Shown here: one piece after another, positions 20,373 through 29,131 of the stretch
How positions within the stretch are numbered: position 1 is the stretch's first letter
How the letters are laid out: each line of letters starts with the position of its first letter
NCBI GenBank assembly: GCA_036831405.1
Contig: DAISMS010000002.1
Span: 26,202 to 90,201, forward strand
Length of the DNA stretch: 64,000 nt
DNA from: Clostridiales bacterium
GTDB lineage: Bacteria; Bacillota; Clostridia; Oscillospirales; Acutalibacteraceae
Direction of reading: 5' to 3'
Translations under genes and position numbers: made by a program
The notes under the pieces: generated by a model
What the model saw: the letters and a program-made list of their open reading frames with translations, nothing else
What the model was told of the DNA's origin: nothing
Database searches by the model: none

Positions 20373-21986
20373 TTAGCGACGCAACATTATGTTCTTCATT
20401 CTACTTTTAATTTTTTTAACAATGGAATCCAGCTCTTCTACTTTCATAGCGTAAAGAAGCCCTATATATGTGATGATTCCAATCGAAATAATTAATGCAA
20501 GAATTCCTGATTTGACAATAAATGTTGGTTGGTTTTCCAAAGTAAATAAACCGCATCCATTGATTATAAAAATAAGAGCTCCCATCAAGTATGATGCAGT
20601 TAATGCCTGTAAAAGAGTTTCTGCAATCTTTTTTAAATCAAGCAGTGCTAGCTTTCTTTTCAGTCTGATTAACATAAATATGCAACCCGCTGTTGAGGCG
20701 ACCGATACTGACAGGGCTAACCCCCCGATATCTAAAATCCTCACCAAAATTAAGCTTAATACGATATTTAAAACCACAATAAAAATATCATTGGTCATGG
20801 GTGTCTTGGTATCCTTCATAGAATAGAAGGCCTTCGTCAGCAGTGCATAAACGCATATGGCCGGTATACCCAGAGAAAAAAACCCCAACGCAGTGGATGT
20901 GGCTAAAGTATCCTGCCTGCCAAATATCCCCCGCTCATATAGAATACTGATTATAGGAACTCTCAGTACGAACAAGATTGCTGTAATCGGAAAAGCAATA
21001 TAGATTATGGCGTTCAGGGTGGTCATGATGTGATTGCAGAACTGTTTCAAGTTGTCATGTATAAATGACAATCTGGGGTATACCACCACAATAATAGGAC
21101 TAACGATAATGTTGTACACAATATAATTTGCTTTGTCTGCATAATCCAGAGCTGATATACTTCCGGCAACCAGAACCGAAGCCAGCATTTTGCTGATAAA
21201 CAGGTATGCCTGACTAAAGGTGCTGCTGATCAATACAGGAATCATCAGACGCAATGTTTTTCTGATATTTTTATCTTTAAGATCCATTACCATTTTATAT
21301 CGATAGCCGGACTTTCTCATGAACGGGATCTGAATCAGAAACTGACAGGCAACCGCAAGAAGGCTTCCCACTGCGGCTGCTCCTATACTATAGCCGGGAA
21401 AAAGGATACCGGCTATGATGAACAGGTTGAAAGGAATAGCGGCAAAAACAGTAATTGCAAATACTTTATTTACTTGCAGGAATCCTTCAGATATATTTGT
21501 TAAGGCATAAAATAGGATTGAAGGCATCGTAATGATTGAAAGCTTAACTGCCAGATCGAACACATCACTGTGGAACCCGGGGGCAATTATTTTTACGATT
21601 GCCGGTGTAAATGATATTCCGATAACAATTATCACATAGGAGATGAATGCAACGATATTCATCATATTGTTGATATAATCATTCGCCTTCTCCCTTGAAT
21701 CTTGCTTCAGCATATCAGTGTAGACGGGAATCAGTGTTGTAGCGATTGAAGCACTCAGCGTAAAAAGAATCATGGTTGGAATAGAAAAAGCAACTTTAAA
21801 TGCATCTGTTTCAAATGAGGCTCCATATTTTGATGCCAGTATACTTTCACGAACCAGTCCCAGACCTCGTCCGACGATAGATATAAACATAATCAAAAAA
21901 GCCGTTTTTGCTATATTATCAGTATGTGTATTGCTTTTACGCATTTGAAGCCGCACCCTTTCCGCAACTTTTGAACGGTAAGGCAT
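20373..21986 (-). CDS. MurJ/MviN-type MOP flippase
   Basis: IVGRGLGLVRESILASKYGASFETDAFKVAFSIP matches the MurJ N-terminal signature. About 14 hydrophobic segments. Confidence 0.8.
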   Translation of the reverse strand: MPYRSKVAERVRLQMRKSNTHTDNIAKTAFLIMFISIVGRGLGLVRESILASKYGASFETDAFKVAFSIPTMILFTLSASIATTLIPVYTDMLKQDSREKANDYINNMMNIVAFISYVIIVIGISFTPAIVKIIAPGFHSDVFDLAVKLSIITMPSILFYALTNISEGFLQVNKVFAITVFAAIPFNLFIIAGILFPGYSIGAAAVGSLLAVACQFLIQIPFMRKSGYRYKMVMDLKDKNIRKTLRLMIPVLISSTFSQAYLFISKMLASVLVAGSISALDYADKANYIVYNIIVSPIIVVVYPRLSFIHDNLKQFCNHIMTTLNAIIYIAFPITAILFVLRVPIISILYERGIFGRQDTLATSTALGFFSLGIPAICVYALLTKAFYSMKDTKTPMTNDIFIVVLNIVLSLILVRILDIGGLALSVSVASTAGCIFMLIRLKRKLALLDLKKIAETLLQALTASYLMGALIFIINGCGLFTLENQPTFIVKSGILALIISIGIITYIGLLYAMKVEELDSIVKKIKSRMKNIMLRR

Positions 21987-22054
21987 AAATATTTCTCCCT
22001 GTTGAAAGGATGTAGCCTACCCGCGTTCCGCCGCTGTTAAGCGATCAAATATTA

Positions 22055-23194
22055 TTAATCCGCACGTCGGGAGCGTGGGGTTTCAACATATAATTCGTGA
22101 TGCTGTTGTGCGACGCGTTCAATATTAAATAGCGAGTTAACCCTTTCAAAGCCTGATTTAATAAATCTGTTTTTTAAATTTTCATCACATAATACATTAA
22201 TAATCGCCGCGGCAAAACCTGAAGTATCACAGGGGGGGATCAGCGTGCCTGTTTCTCCATCCAATATTACATCGGGAATTCCGCCTATATTTGATGCCAC
22301 TACCGGTATACCGTTCGCCATATACTCTGCCAATACAAGCCCAAAGCCTTCCCATTGCGAGGTAAGCACCCCTATATCAAAAATGTTTATATAATCCTGT
22401 GCGTTTTCAACCCATCCTGTAATTAAAAACCTATCGGAAAGCCCCAAATCCAGAACTTTCTGTTCAACCTCAGCCCTAAGCTCTCCGTCTCCTACTAATA
22501 TAAAATACGCAGTATGTCCCGAATCGGCAATAATCTTTGCGGCTTTCACAAAAGTGAGCGGGTCTTTTTGAGGGGCAAGCCTTCCGACCATTCCAATTAC
22601 CAAAGCGTTTTCTTTAATGCCTAGCTGTTTCTTCATAAAATCCTTTTTTTTAGGTTTAGGAGCAAATCTATTAACATCAATTCCGTTTGAAATAAGCTTT
22701 ATTTTATTTTTACCGGTAATGCGGTATTGCAGCGCTATGTTATTTTCAAATTCAGATATAGCAACAATCCAGCGGCACAGCAACGCCAGTAATTTTTCCA
22801 TACAGATATATATCATTTTTTTTAGTTTGCCTACACCCATGCTGAAGGACCAGCCGTGAGCAGTATAAATGCAAGAAGTCCTGCACAAAAAGGCTGAAAT
22901 CCTGCCAATTGCTCCGGCTTTTGAACTGTGGGTGTGGATGAGGTCAAAGTCGTTTGATTTAATATACCGCACCAGATGACAGATTGAACGGGCGTCTTTG
23001 ACAATAGATATTTCCCGCACCATTTCAATGATATAAACTTTTATCCCCATCTCCTCAAGCTCCATTTTCATTGGGCCGTCAGATGGACAGACAACCGTTA
23101 TTTCATGCCCTTTTTCCGCGAGACGCGGAATTAACAGCTTAAAATATTCCAGTGTTCCGCCTATGGTGGATTGTGTAACAAAAAGAAGCTTCAT
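22055..23194 (-). CDS. glycosyltransferase family 4 (GT-B)
   Basis: MKLLFVTQSTIGG...; the C-terminal half has the EGFGLVLAEYMANGIPVVASNIGGIPD (E-x7-E) motif. Confidence 0.85.
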   Translation of the reverse strand: MKLLFVTQSTIGGTLEYFKLLIPRLAEKGHEITVVCPSDGPMKMELEEMGIKVYIIEMVREISIVKDARSICHLVRYIKSNDFDLIHTHSSKAGAIGRISAFLCRTSCIYTAHGWSFSMGVGKLKKMIYICMEKLLALLCRWIVAISEFENNIALQYRITGKNKIKLISNGIDVNRFAPKPKKKDFMKKQLGIKENALVIGMVGRLAPQKDPLTFVKAAKIIADSGHTAYFILVGDGELRAEVEQKVLDLGLSDRFLITGWVENAQDYINIFDIGVLTSQWEGFGLVLAEYMANGIPVVASNIGGIPDVILDGETGTLIPPCDTSGFAAAIINVLCDENLKNRFIKSGFERVNSLFNIERVAQQHHELYVETPRSRRAD

Positions 23195-23208
23195 ATTTAC
23201 TAAACCAC

Positions 23209-24321
23209 CTATGATTGATTATTTAACTTTACATATACAGCCTCTGTGTTTTTAACCATTTCTTCCAGCGAAAATTGCTGTTCGATCCGTTTTTGACCTT
23301 CCCTGTTAAACCTAAGATATTTTCTTGCCTTTACATTGCCCAGAATCGCCTGAACAAAACTTTGAATTTCGGGTGATACGCATTCACCGGCATCCCCGAG
23401 CAATTCTGAAGTACCGCCTACATTATTCGCAATTACATTTTTACCTAATGCCAGTGCTTCGAGGATAACCATTGGCGCTGTGTCCCATTGGGAAGGGAGG
23501 ATAATAAGATCGCAGTCATTCATTATGGCATATGGGTTGTATTGAAATCCGGTTAAGTGAATATGATTCTCCAAACCATTTGCCTTGATATCATACATTA
23601 GTGTATTTTTGCAATGACCTTCCCCGACGACGATAAGTACGATCTTCTTGTTGTATTTTGTAATAATTTCCATTGCCTTAACTAGTTGACCCACACCCTT
23701 TTCCTCGGAAAGCCTTCCAAAGTATCCGAGTATTATTTTTCCGTTTGCTCTTAAAGATTGCGTGAGTTCATTGTGCAGATCAACCAACATCAGCTTCTTT
23801 AAGCGTTCGACATCCACTCCGTTATAAATTTGATATAGTTTTTCCTCACGCATTCCATACCGAATCAAGCTGTTCTTGCTGATATTGGTAATCGCAATGG
23901 TATCTGTTTTCATAAGCTTCAGGATTTTAGCGCTTTTTCTTTCGATATCCTTTGTCGGTCCTCCGTGAAGCGTCAAGACAATCTGCGGTTTTTTGGCACC
24001 AAATGGTATACCTGCCACAACCGATAATTTGGCGATCAAGGTTGTATACACCGAGCTGGTATGAATAATGTCTGTTGTATGAGTTCTCAAAAGTTTGATA
24101 AGCTGCGCTACCGACTTTAATGAATGTAAAAGCCCCTTCTTGTGCAGGCTTTTAATATGAATGTGGGCAATGCCAATGGAGGTCAGGTGAGACACCCGAA
24201 TTCCCCCGCCGGAAGCAATCATAACCGAATGCCCAAGCTTTATCAGTCCAGTTGAAAGGTTTTCAATATAGGTTTCTGTTCCCCCTGTATCAAACACAGG
24301 TGTAAGCATTAAAATATTCAT
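23209..24321 (-). CDS. glycosyltransferase family 4 (GT-B)
   Basis: MNILMLTPVFDTGGTE...; PMVILEALALGKNVIANNVGGTSE motif. Confidence 0.85.
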   Translation of the reverse strand: MNILMLTPVFDTGGTETYIENLSTGLIKLGHSVMIASGGGIRVSHLTSIGIAHIHIKSLHKKGLLHSLKSVAQLIKLLRTHTTDIIHTSSVYTTLIAKLSVVAGIPFGAKKPQIVLTLHGGPTKDIERKSAKILKLMKTDTIAITNISKNSLIRYGMREEKLYQIYNGVDVERLKKLMLVDLHNELTQSLRANGKIILGYFGRLSEEKGVGQLVKAMEIITKYNKKIVLIVVGEGHCKNTLMYDIKANGLENHIHLTGFQYNPYAIMNDCDLIILPSQWDTAPMVILEALALGKNVIANNVGGTSELLGDAGECVSPEIQSFVQAILGNVKARKYLRFNREGQKRIEQQFSLEEMVKNTEAVYVKLNNQS

Positions 24322-25037
24322 ACTTTCACACCTTGATTAACCATTGTAGAGTGATTAAAATTTTTGTAACTGGCTGAAAAGCTGAGGTATAGGACAAACG
24401 GCATTAAGTTCATGCTGTGTCTGAAAACTGATCCGAAATCAGGTTCAAACAGAACCCCCACCAGGAAGAAGCTGAATATATATATATGAATATGTGTGAT
24501 CCTTCGAGATTCTTTTTGTATTACGTCCGGCAGAGTTTTTCTATTCTTGATATAATGTGACACGACCGGAATATATCTAACAAATATATAATTAATAATC
24601 AGCTGCAATGGGAAGAAAATCATTCCCCTGGAAGGGGACTTCCATAAAACTTCGACGGGGAATATTAGCCTTATTGCAATTAAAATATAATTTGAAGCAT
24701 ATTTGAGAATATTTTTTTCTCCGGGAAGGATAGGAATAACATCCCGTATAACAGTATTCGTAAAGCCTGACAAAAAATCGTAGGAATAATATCGTAGGAG
24801 CATTACTTTATCAAAGTAGTTTGTGTAATAAAACATCACACTGAAACCTGCTGCAAACAGTAAGAAAAGCAGGATACGTGCTTTGAATTTAATAGTAGCC
24901 GCCAATTTCAACATATAAAAAAGAAACAGGATTATAATATAATACTCTCTGAAAAAAATTGCATAGATACCTATCAATATTATGATAAAAACATCTCTGC
25001 CTTTACAATCTGAAATAATAAGCCTCAATACCAACAC
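24318..25037 (-). CDS. polytopic membrane protein, possibly a short Wzy/EpsG-like polymerase
   Basis: 239 aa, multiple hydrophobic segments, GTG start, in-frame TAG 51 nt upstream. Short for a polymerase; the function is inferred from position only. Confidence 0.4.
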   Translation of the reverse strand: MLVLRLIISDCKGRDVFIIILIGIYAIFFREYYIIILFLFYMLKLAATIKFKARILLFLLFAAGFSVMFYYTNYFDKVMLLRYYSYDFLSGFTNTVIRDVIPILPGEKNILKYASNYILIAIRLIFPVEVLWKSPSRGMIFFPLQLIINYIFVRYIPVVSHYIKNRKTLPDVIQKESRRITHIHIYIFSFFLVGVLFEPDFGSVFRHSMNLMPFVLYLSFSASYKNFNHSTMVNQGVKV

Positions 25038-25148
25038 GCTTACAAGAAGAGAAACAAAATCCTTTGATGGCTGAAACAGGAAGGCCTATGAATATCGATT
25101 AACCGAACTTTTTCCTGGCAACCTTTTTCTATATTAGACATAAAGCAA

Positions 25149-25886
25149 TCAATTCTCCCTGCGCTTTATAATTTTATTTAGCCATTCCCTATACTTTTTA
25201 TTGCTGTCATAATAGTCAAAATCCATGTAATACTCTCTGTAATCCACTGCAGGGATTTTATTTAACACCACTCCAAGCAAGTTTATCTTTGATTTTTGCA
25301 GCTGATCTTTTACCATTTCAATATTTTTATAGTGAACTTTGCCCGGTTGTATTACAAGAATGGTGCCATCAGTCTGAGACGCAACAATCATACTGTCTAT
25401 AACACTAGCCAGAGGAGGGGTGTCGAAAATAACCATATCATATTGATCACAAACAGTTGCCATTAATTCCTTGAATTCGGCTGAACCTAATAATACCGCG
25501 GGGTTAATGGGCGTTACACCGCAGCTTATATAGTGGAGATTTTCAATTGATGTGAAGTTTATGGCTTCATTCAGTTCTGCATATCCAAGCAATACGTTAG
25601 ATAACCCTAAATTATTGTCACCTTTCAGTTCCTTCATCAATTCTGGTTTATGCAAATCGGCATCTACAATGAGCACCTTTAAACCGGACTTGACCATGGA
25701 GACAGCAAGATTACAGGCGGTTGTTGTTTTCCCTTCTCCCGCTCTGCAGCTGGTTATGGTCAAAGTTTTAATGTTTTTTGTACCAAAATCATATAACCGA
25801 ATATTTGCTTTAAGAGTCTCATAGGACTCCTTTACTGGCAACTTCAGTTTTTTGTAAGCATCAGATATTGTACTATTCATTTTCAT
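25149..25886 (-). CDS. BY-kinase (CpsD/CapB-type tyrosine autokinase)
   Basis: Walker A GEGKTTT, A' VLIVDADLHKP, B MVIFDTPP, and a C-terminal Tyr cluster DYREYYMDFDYYDSNKKY. ATG 25886 overlaps the stop of the upstream Wzz-like gene. Confidence 0.85.
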   Translation of the reverse strand: MKMNSTISDAYKKLKLPVKESYETLKANIRLYDFGTKNIKTLTITSCRAGEGKTTTACNLAVSMVKSGLKVLIVDADLHKPELMKELKGDNNLGLSNVLLGYAELNEAINFTSIENLHYISCGVTPINPAVLLGSAEFKELMATVCDQYDMVIFDTPPLASVIDSMIVASQTDGTILVIQPGKVHYKNIEMVKDQLQKSKINLLGVVLNKIPAVDYREYYMDFDYYDSNKKYREWLNKIIKRREN

Positions 25887-26457
25887 CTCTCCCACAACCG
25901 ATTTCAAAACTGGGTATTGTCCCTAAAATAAAAGTACCCATACATTCCTCAACCTCATCAACAGTCTTAATTGTATCGTCAAGGTACTCCATGGAAAATA
26001 TGATACCGATTGAAGCTAGGAGTCCAACGACTGCAGCAATCAGTGAATATAGCAGGAAGTCGGGCTTTACCGGCTTATCAGGTTTTTCCGCATGATCAAT
26101 AACACTTAAACTATTAGTATTTAACCAAGATATTGCTTGATCTACAAGAACCTGACTATAGGTTTCAGTAAGGGACTTTGCCATTAAATCGGTAACGTCA
26201 GATGAATATTTAATTTCTCCGGATATTAGGTGCGGTCGACCTGCAGATATCTGCCATGTATCCGTAGTCATCTGTCCATGTACTTTTCCGACAAAAACGA
26301 CAGCTACTATTTTAACAACAACAACCGATCCGCCATGCGTACCTCCTGGGTCTTGTTTTTTTGGAATTATCATAGCGCTATTGTTTATTTTAGCTATTGT
26401 ATTTATAGTTTTATTATTTCCGAAAATTAAGTGTAAATTTTGTAAATCAAGCAACAA
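25873..26457 (-). CDS. Wzz/CpsC-type chain-length determinant (kinase modulator), divergent N-terminus
   Basis: The C-terminal part (VIDHAEKPDKPVKPDF + TM + EYLDDTIKTVDEVEE..LGTIP) is typical of CpsC/YwqC. The N-terminal 60 aa are atypical. Confidence 0.6.
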   Translation of the reverse strand: MLLDLQNLHLIFGNNKTINTIAKINNSAMIIPKKQDPGGTHGGSVVVVKIVAVVFVGKVHGQMTTDTWQISAGRPHLISGEIKYSSDVTDLMAKSLTETYSQVLVDQAISWLNTNSLSVIDHAEKPDKPVKPDFLLYSLIAAVVGLLASIGIIFSMEYLDDTIKTVDEVEECMGTFILGTIPSFEIGCGRDENE

Positions 26458-26777
26458 ATTAGGGGTTAATTTCGTAAATACAAAGGTTGATATCGATAAA
26501 AAAATTGACTATGAAAAGAAACTCGATAATTGCATAAACGGGAAAGACTGTAAAAAGCATGGTGAAAATCATGGTGATAATAAAAGATAAATTTTATTAC
26601 TGGTAATTAGTTTCGATAGGTTAATAAAGTGGAGACTGTTGATAACAATTTAGCGTTATAAATAAAATTATAAAGCTCTCATAAATTGAATTATGTTATG
26701 AAAGCTTTATAATACTACTAAAAAACCAGCCATAATCTTTCGATTACGACTGGTTTTTGGTAGTATGTACCACATGA

Positions 26778-26854
26778 TGGTCGGAGTGATGTGACTCGAA
26801 CACACGGCCTCTTGGTCCCGAACCAAGCGCTCTACCAAACTGAGCTACACCCCG
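26778..26854 (-). tRNA. tRNA-Pro (anticodon CGG)
   Basis: The reverse complement folds as a cloverleaf: acceptor CGGGGTG/CACTCCG, D arm GCTC..GAGC, anticodon stem CTTGG/CCAAG with loop TTCGGGA, T arm GTGTG-TTCGAGT-CACAT, discriminator A and an encoded CCA. Confidence 0.9.
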
Positions 26855-26934
26855 ATGTTAACGTAGCTCAGTTTTAATGAGCTACACCCCGATGTTAACG
26901 TAGCTCAGTTTTAATGAGCTACACCCCGATGTTA
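26842..26934 (-). repeat. 37-bp tandem repeat (about 2.5 units) that re-copies the first 14 nt of tRNA-Pro plus its 5' flank
   Basis: GAGCTACACCCCGATGTTA starts at 26842, 26879 and 26916, a period of exactly 37. Each full unit also holds GTAGCTCA-N7-TGAGCTAC, a hairpin built from the D-arm sequence. Confidence 0.8.
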
Positions 26935-26938
26935 GCAT

Positions 26939-26974
26939 CCCTTATATACTTGCTAACCCTTATATACGTGCTAA
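26939..26974 (-). repeat. 18-bp tandem direct repeat in the tRNA-Pro leader
   Basis: CCCTTATATACTTGCTAA / CCCTTATATACGTGCTAA are adjacent, with one mismatch. Confidence 0.7.
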
Positions 26975-27010
26975 GTATAATAGCAAAGCTTTTACCCAAA
27001 CAGCCTTGCT

Positions 27011-27039
27011 ATTATACTTCAATCTAAGCAGTTTGTCAA
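27011..27039 (-). promoter_or_regulatory. consensus sigma-A promoter reading toward tRNA-Pro
   Basis: The minus strand reads TTGACA, then 17 nt, then TATAAT (TTGACAaactgcttagattgaagTATAAT), about 150 nt upstream of the mature tRNA 5' end. Confidence 0.55.
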
Positions 27040-27235
27040 TTAGTCGAGTTGACAATTATAGATTATAGAGTAAACCCTTATGAGACATAAAATAACGCAT
27101 AAAAGCTGACGTTGATACGTTCAACTTCTCCAACCACGAAAAGGAACCCTGAGGACAGCGTTCCCTACGGATTGACTGTCGATCATCACATCGTGTGCCC
27201 AACGCACGGAGGGTATGATTTATATTAATGATCAA

Positions 27236-27868
27236 TCAGGTATTCTTCATTATGATGCTTTCCACCACGTTCGCAACATGCTCACACGAATCGCAGCACT
27301 TTTCCAGACGGTCAAATATTTCGCTCCAGACCATCAGGTCAACTGCATTCTGCGTTCCCATATAAAGTCTCCGCACTGCCTTTGTATACAGGGCGTCGCC
27401 TTCCTCTTCAAGGCGGTTGATTTCAACAATGCTTTTGGAAATGGAATCTGACTTACGGAAATGACGAAACTCCCTCAACATTTCTTCCATTGCCTCGCAG
27501 CATTTGTAAATCAGCTGCGTGAATTCAAGGGCTTCGTTGCGGATTGAAAGTACATTGAACATATACAAGCGAAGCAGAACATCCTCAACCGCATCGGTAA
27601 CATCATCAAGCTCCTGGGTTAGAAGCATGATGTCCTCTCTCTCGATGGGGGTAATGAAGGCACGCGCAAGCTCTCTGTTCAATTCGTGCTTAGCGATATC
27701 GGCTGCATGCTCCACAGCGTGCATTTCACTCATTTTTTCCTTTAACGTATCGGGATCAAAATTCTGCATAACATTGTGCAGCAGATCGGCCGCCTGAGCC
27801 GAATATTCTGCAGCACGGGTAAACATTTTAAAATAATCGAATACATTCTTTCGTGCCATTTCTATCAT
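27236..27868 (-). CDS. DUF47-family (PhoU-like) phosphate-transport regulator
   Basis: Helical-repeat protein immediately downstream of a Pit transporter, the usual DUF47-Pit pairing. The likely true start is the second ATG (27859, MARKNVFDYF). Confidence 0.8.
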   Translation of the reverse strand: MIEMARKNVFDYFKMFTRAAEYSAQAADLLHNVMQNFDPDTLKEKMSEMHAVEHAADIAKHELNRELARAFITPIEREDIMLLTQELDDVTDAVEDVLLRLYMFNVLSIRNEALEFTQLIYKCCEAMEEMLREFRHFRKSDSISKSIVEINRLEEEGDALYTKAVRRLYMGTQNAVDLMVWSEIFDRLEKCCDSCEHVANVVESIIMKNT

Positions 27869-27900
27869 CCTTTCAATTGGTTGAAAAAGTTAGGCTTCCG

Positions 27901-28956
27901 CTAAAATATCAATGCGAAAAACTTAACCATCAAAAAGCCGATCAATCCGCATCCCGGGAATGTCAGCACCCATGTCCAGACCATTTCTTTTACAACACCC
28001 CAGTTGACCGAGGAAAGCCGCTTTGAAGCACCAACACCCATGATCGCGGTTGTTTTTGTATGGGTTGTGCTGACGGGTATTCCGGTGAGCGATGACAGCA
28101 AAAGACATCCGGCTGCTGCAATATCTGCCGAAAAGCCCTGATAGGTTTCGAGTCTTACCATGTCCATTCCAACTGCTTTTATTATACGGTATCCGCCGAT
28201 TGATGTTCCGACAGCCATGACGATCGAACACAGGAGCATAAGCCAAATTGGAATAGAAAAATTGGTAGCGTCAGCCTGTCCTTTGCTAAGAAACATGCCG
28301 AGCAAAAAAACACTCATAAACTTCTGCCCATCCTGTGCGCCGTGCATGAATGCCATTGCCGCTCCGCCGCCGATCTGTGCGGATTTAAAAAACTTGTTGG
28401 TTCGGCGTCTGTCCATGCTGCGGCAAATACATGCCGTCAGCTTTGCAGTTGCCCACCCCGCTCCAAATCCAAGCCCGGTTGACAAGCCCAGCCCGTATAA
28501 AACCTTAATCCACTCGGAGCCATTGATTCCTCCAAGACCGCCTTGCAGTGCAATGGCGGCGCCAGAGAGACCTGCAATCAGCGCATGACTTTCACTTGTG
28601 GGAATTCCAAAATACCATGCGGCTGTCGCCCATACCACGATTGCAAAAAGTGCAGCGCACAATGCAACCAGAGCATCATGAGAATCGCCGCGGAAATCCA
28701 CCATTTTGTAGACGGTTTGAGCAACTTCAGAATTGATGGCAGTCATAATAAAAACGCCCAAGAAATTAAAGACAGCCGCCATCATAATAGCTGCCCTAGG
28801 CCCGATTGCACGTGTGGATACACAAGTGGCAATGGCGTTTGGTGCATCCGTCCAACCGTTGACAAAAATAACGCCCATCGTAAGCAGAACCGTCAACAAC
28901 AGAACCGGATTCGCGCCAACGTCAGACAAGAACTGTACAAACGTCGGTGTCGTCAT
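27901..28956 (-). CDS. PiT-family inorganic phosphate transporter
   Basis: GWTDAPNAIAT and FMHGAQDGQK signature repeats. ATG 28956 lies 7 nt after AAGGGG. Confidence 0.9.
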   Translation of the reverse strand: MTTPTFVQFLSDVGANPVLLLTVLLTMGVIFVNGWTDAPNAIATCVSTRAIGPRAAIMMAAVFNFLGVFIMTAINSEVAQTVYKMVDFRGDSHDALVALCAALFAIVVWATAAWYFGIPTSESHALIAGLSGAAIALQGGLGGINGSEWIKVLYGLGLSTGLGFGAGWATAKLTACICRSMDRRRTNKFFKSAQIGGGAAMAFMHGAQDGQKFMSVFLLGMFLSKGQADATNFSIPIWLMLLCSIVMAVGTSIGGYRIIKAVGMDMVRLETYQGFSADIAAAGCLLLSSLTGIPVSTTHTKTTAIMGVGASKRLSSVNWGVVKEMVWTWVLTFPGCGLIGFLMVKFFALIF

Positions 28957-29131
28957 TAAAGTACCCCTTTCAACAAATGAAACTTTTTTATTCACAAACA
29001 TTCTAAGTATACATTGTTTTTATTCGTCTGAAAAGGGGTAATTTAAAATTATGCAGATAATTCCGCAGAATTTTAACCCAAAAAAGGTGATTCATCATAT
29101 TTCATGATAAATCACCTTCCGGCAAAAGAGA

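Noticed and set aside
25873-26457. Suspected frameshift in the Wzz/CpsC-like gene, because of its odd N-terminus.
   Set aside because: I translated the other two frames over 26300-26600 and found only short stop-interrupted stretches. The listed frame still supplies a hydrophobic segment (VVVVKIVAVVFVG), so I keep it as an intact, divergent gene.
26381-26590. 69-aa Lys/Cys-rich + strand ORF at the island edge.
   Set aside because: It lies in very AT-rich DNA where random ORFs are common. It overlaps the 5' end of the Wzz-like gene on the opposite strand, and it has no SD.
19100-26760. Prophage or integrative element at tRNA-Pro.
   Set aside because: No integrase, recombinase, phage or conjugation genes are present, and I could find no copy of the tRNA 3' end at the far boundary. 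It is treated only as a compositional island.
26842-26934. Possible CRISPR array (regular 37-bp periodicity).
   Set aside because: There are only about 2.5 units and no unique spacers between repeats; the whole unit repeats. The content is derived from the adjacent tRNA, and no cas genes are present.
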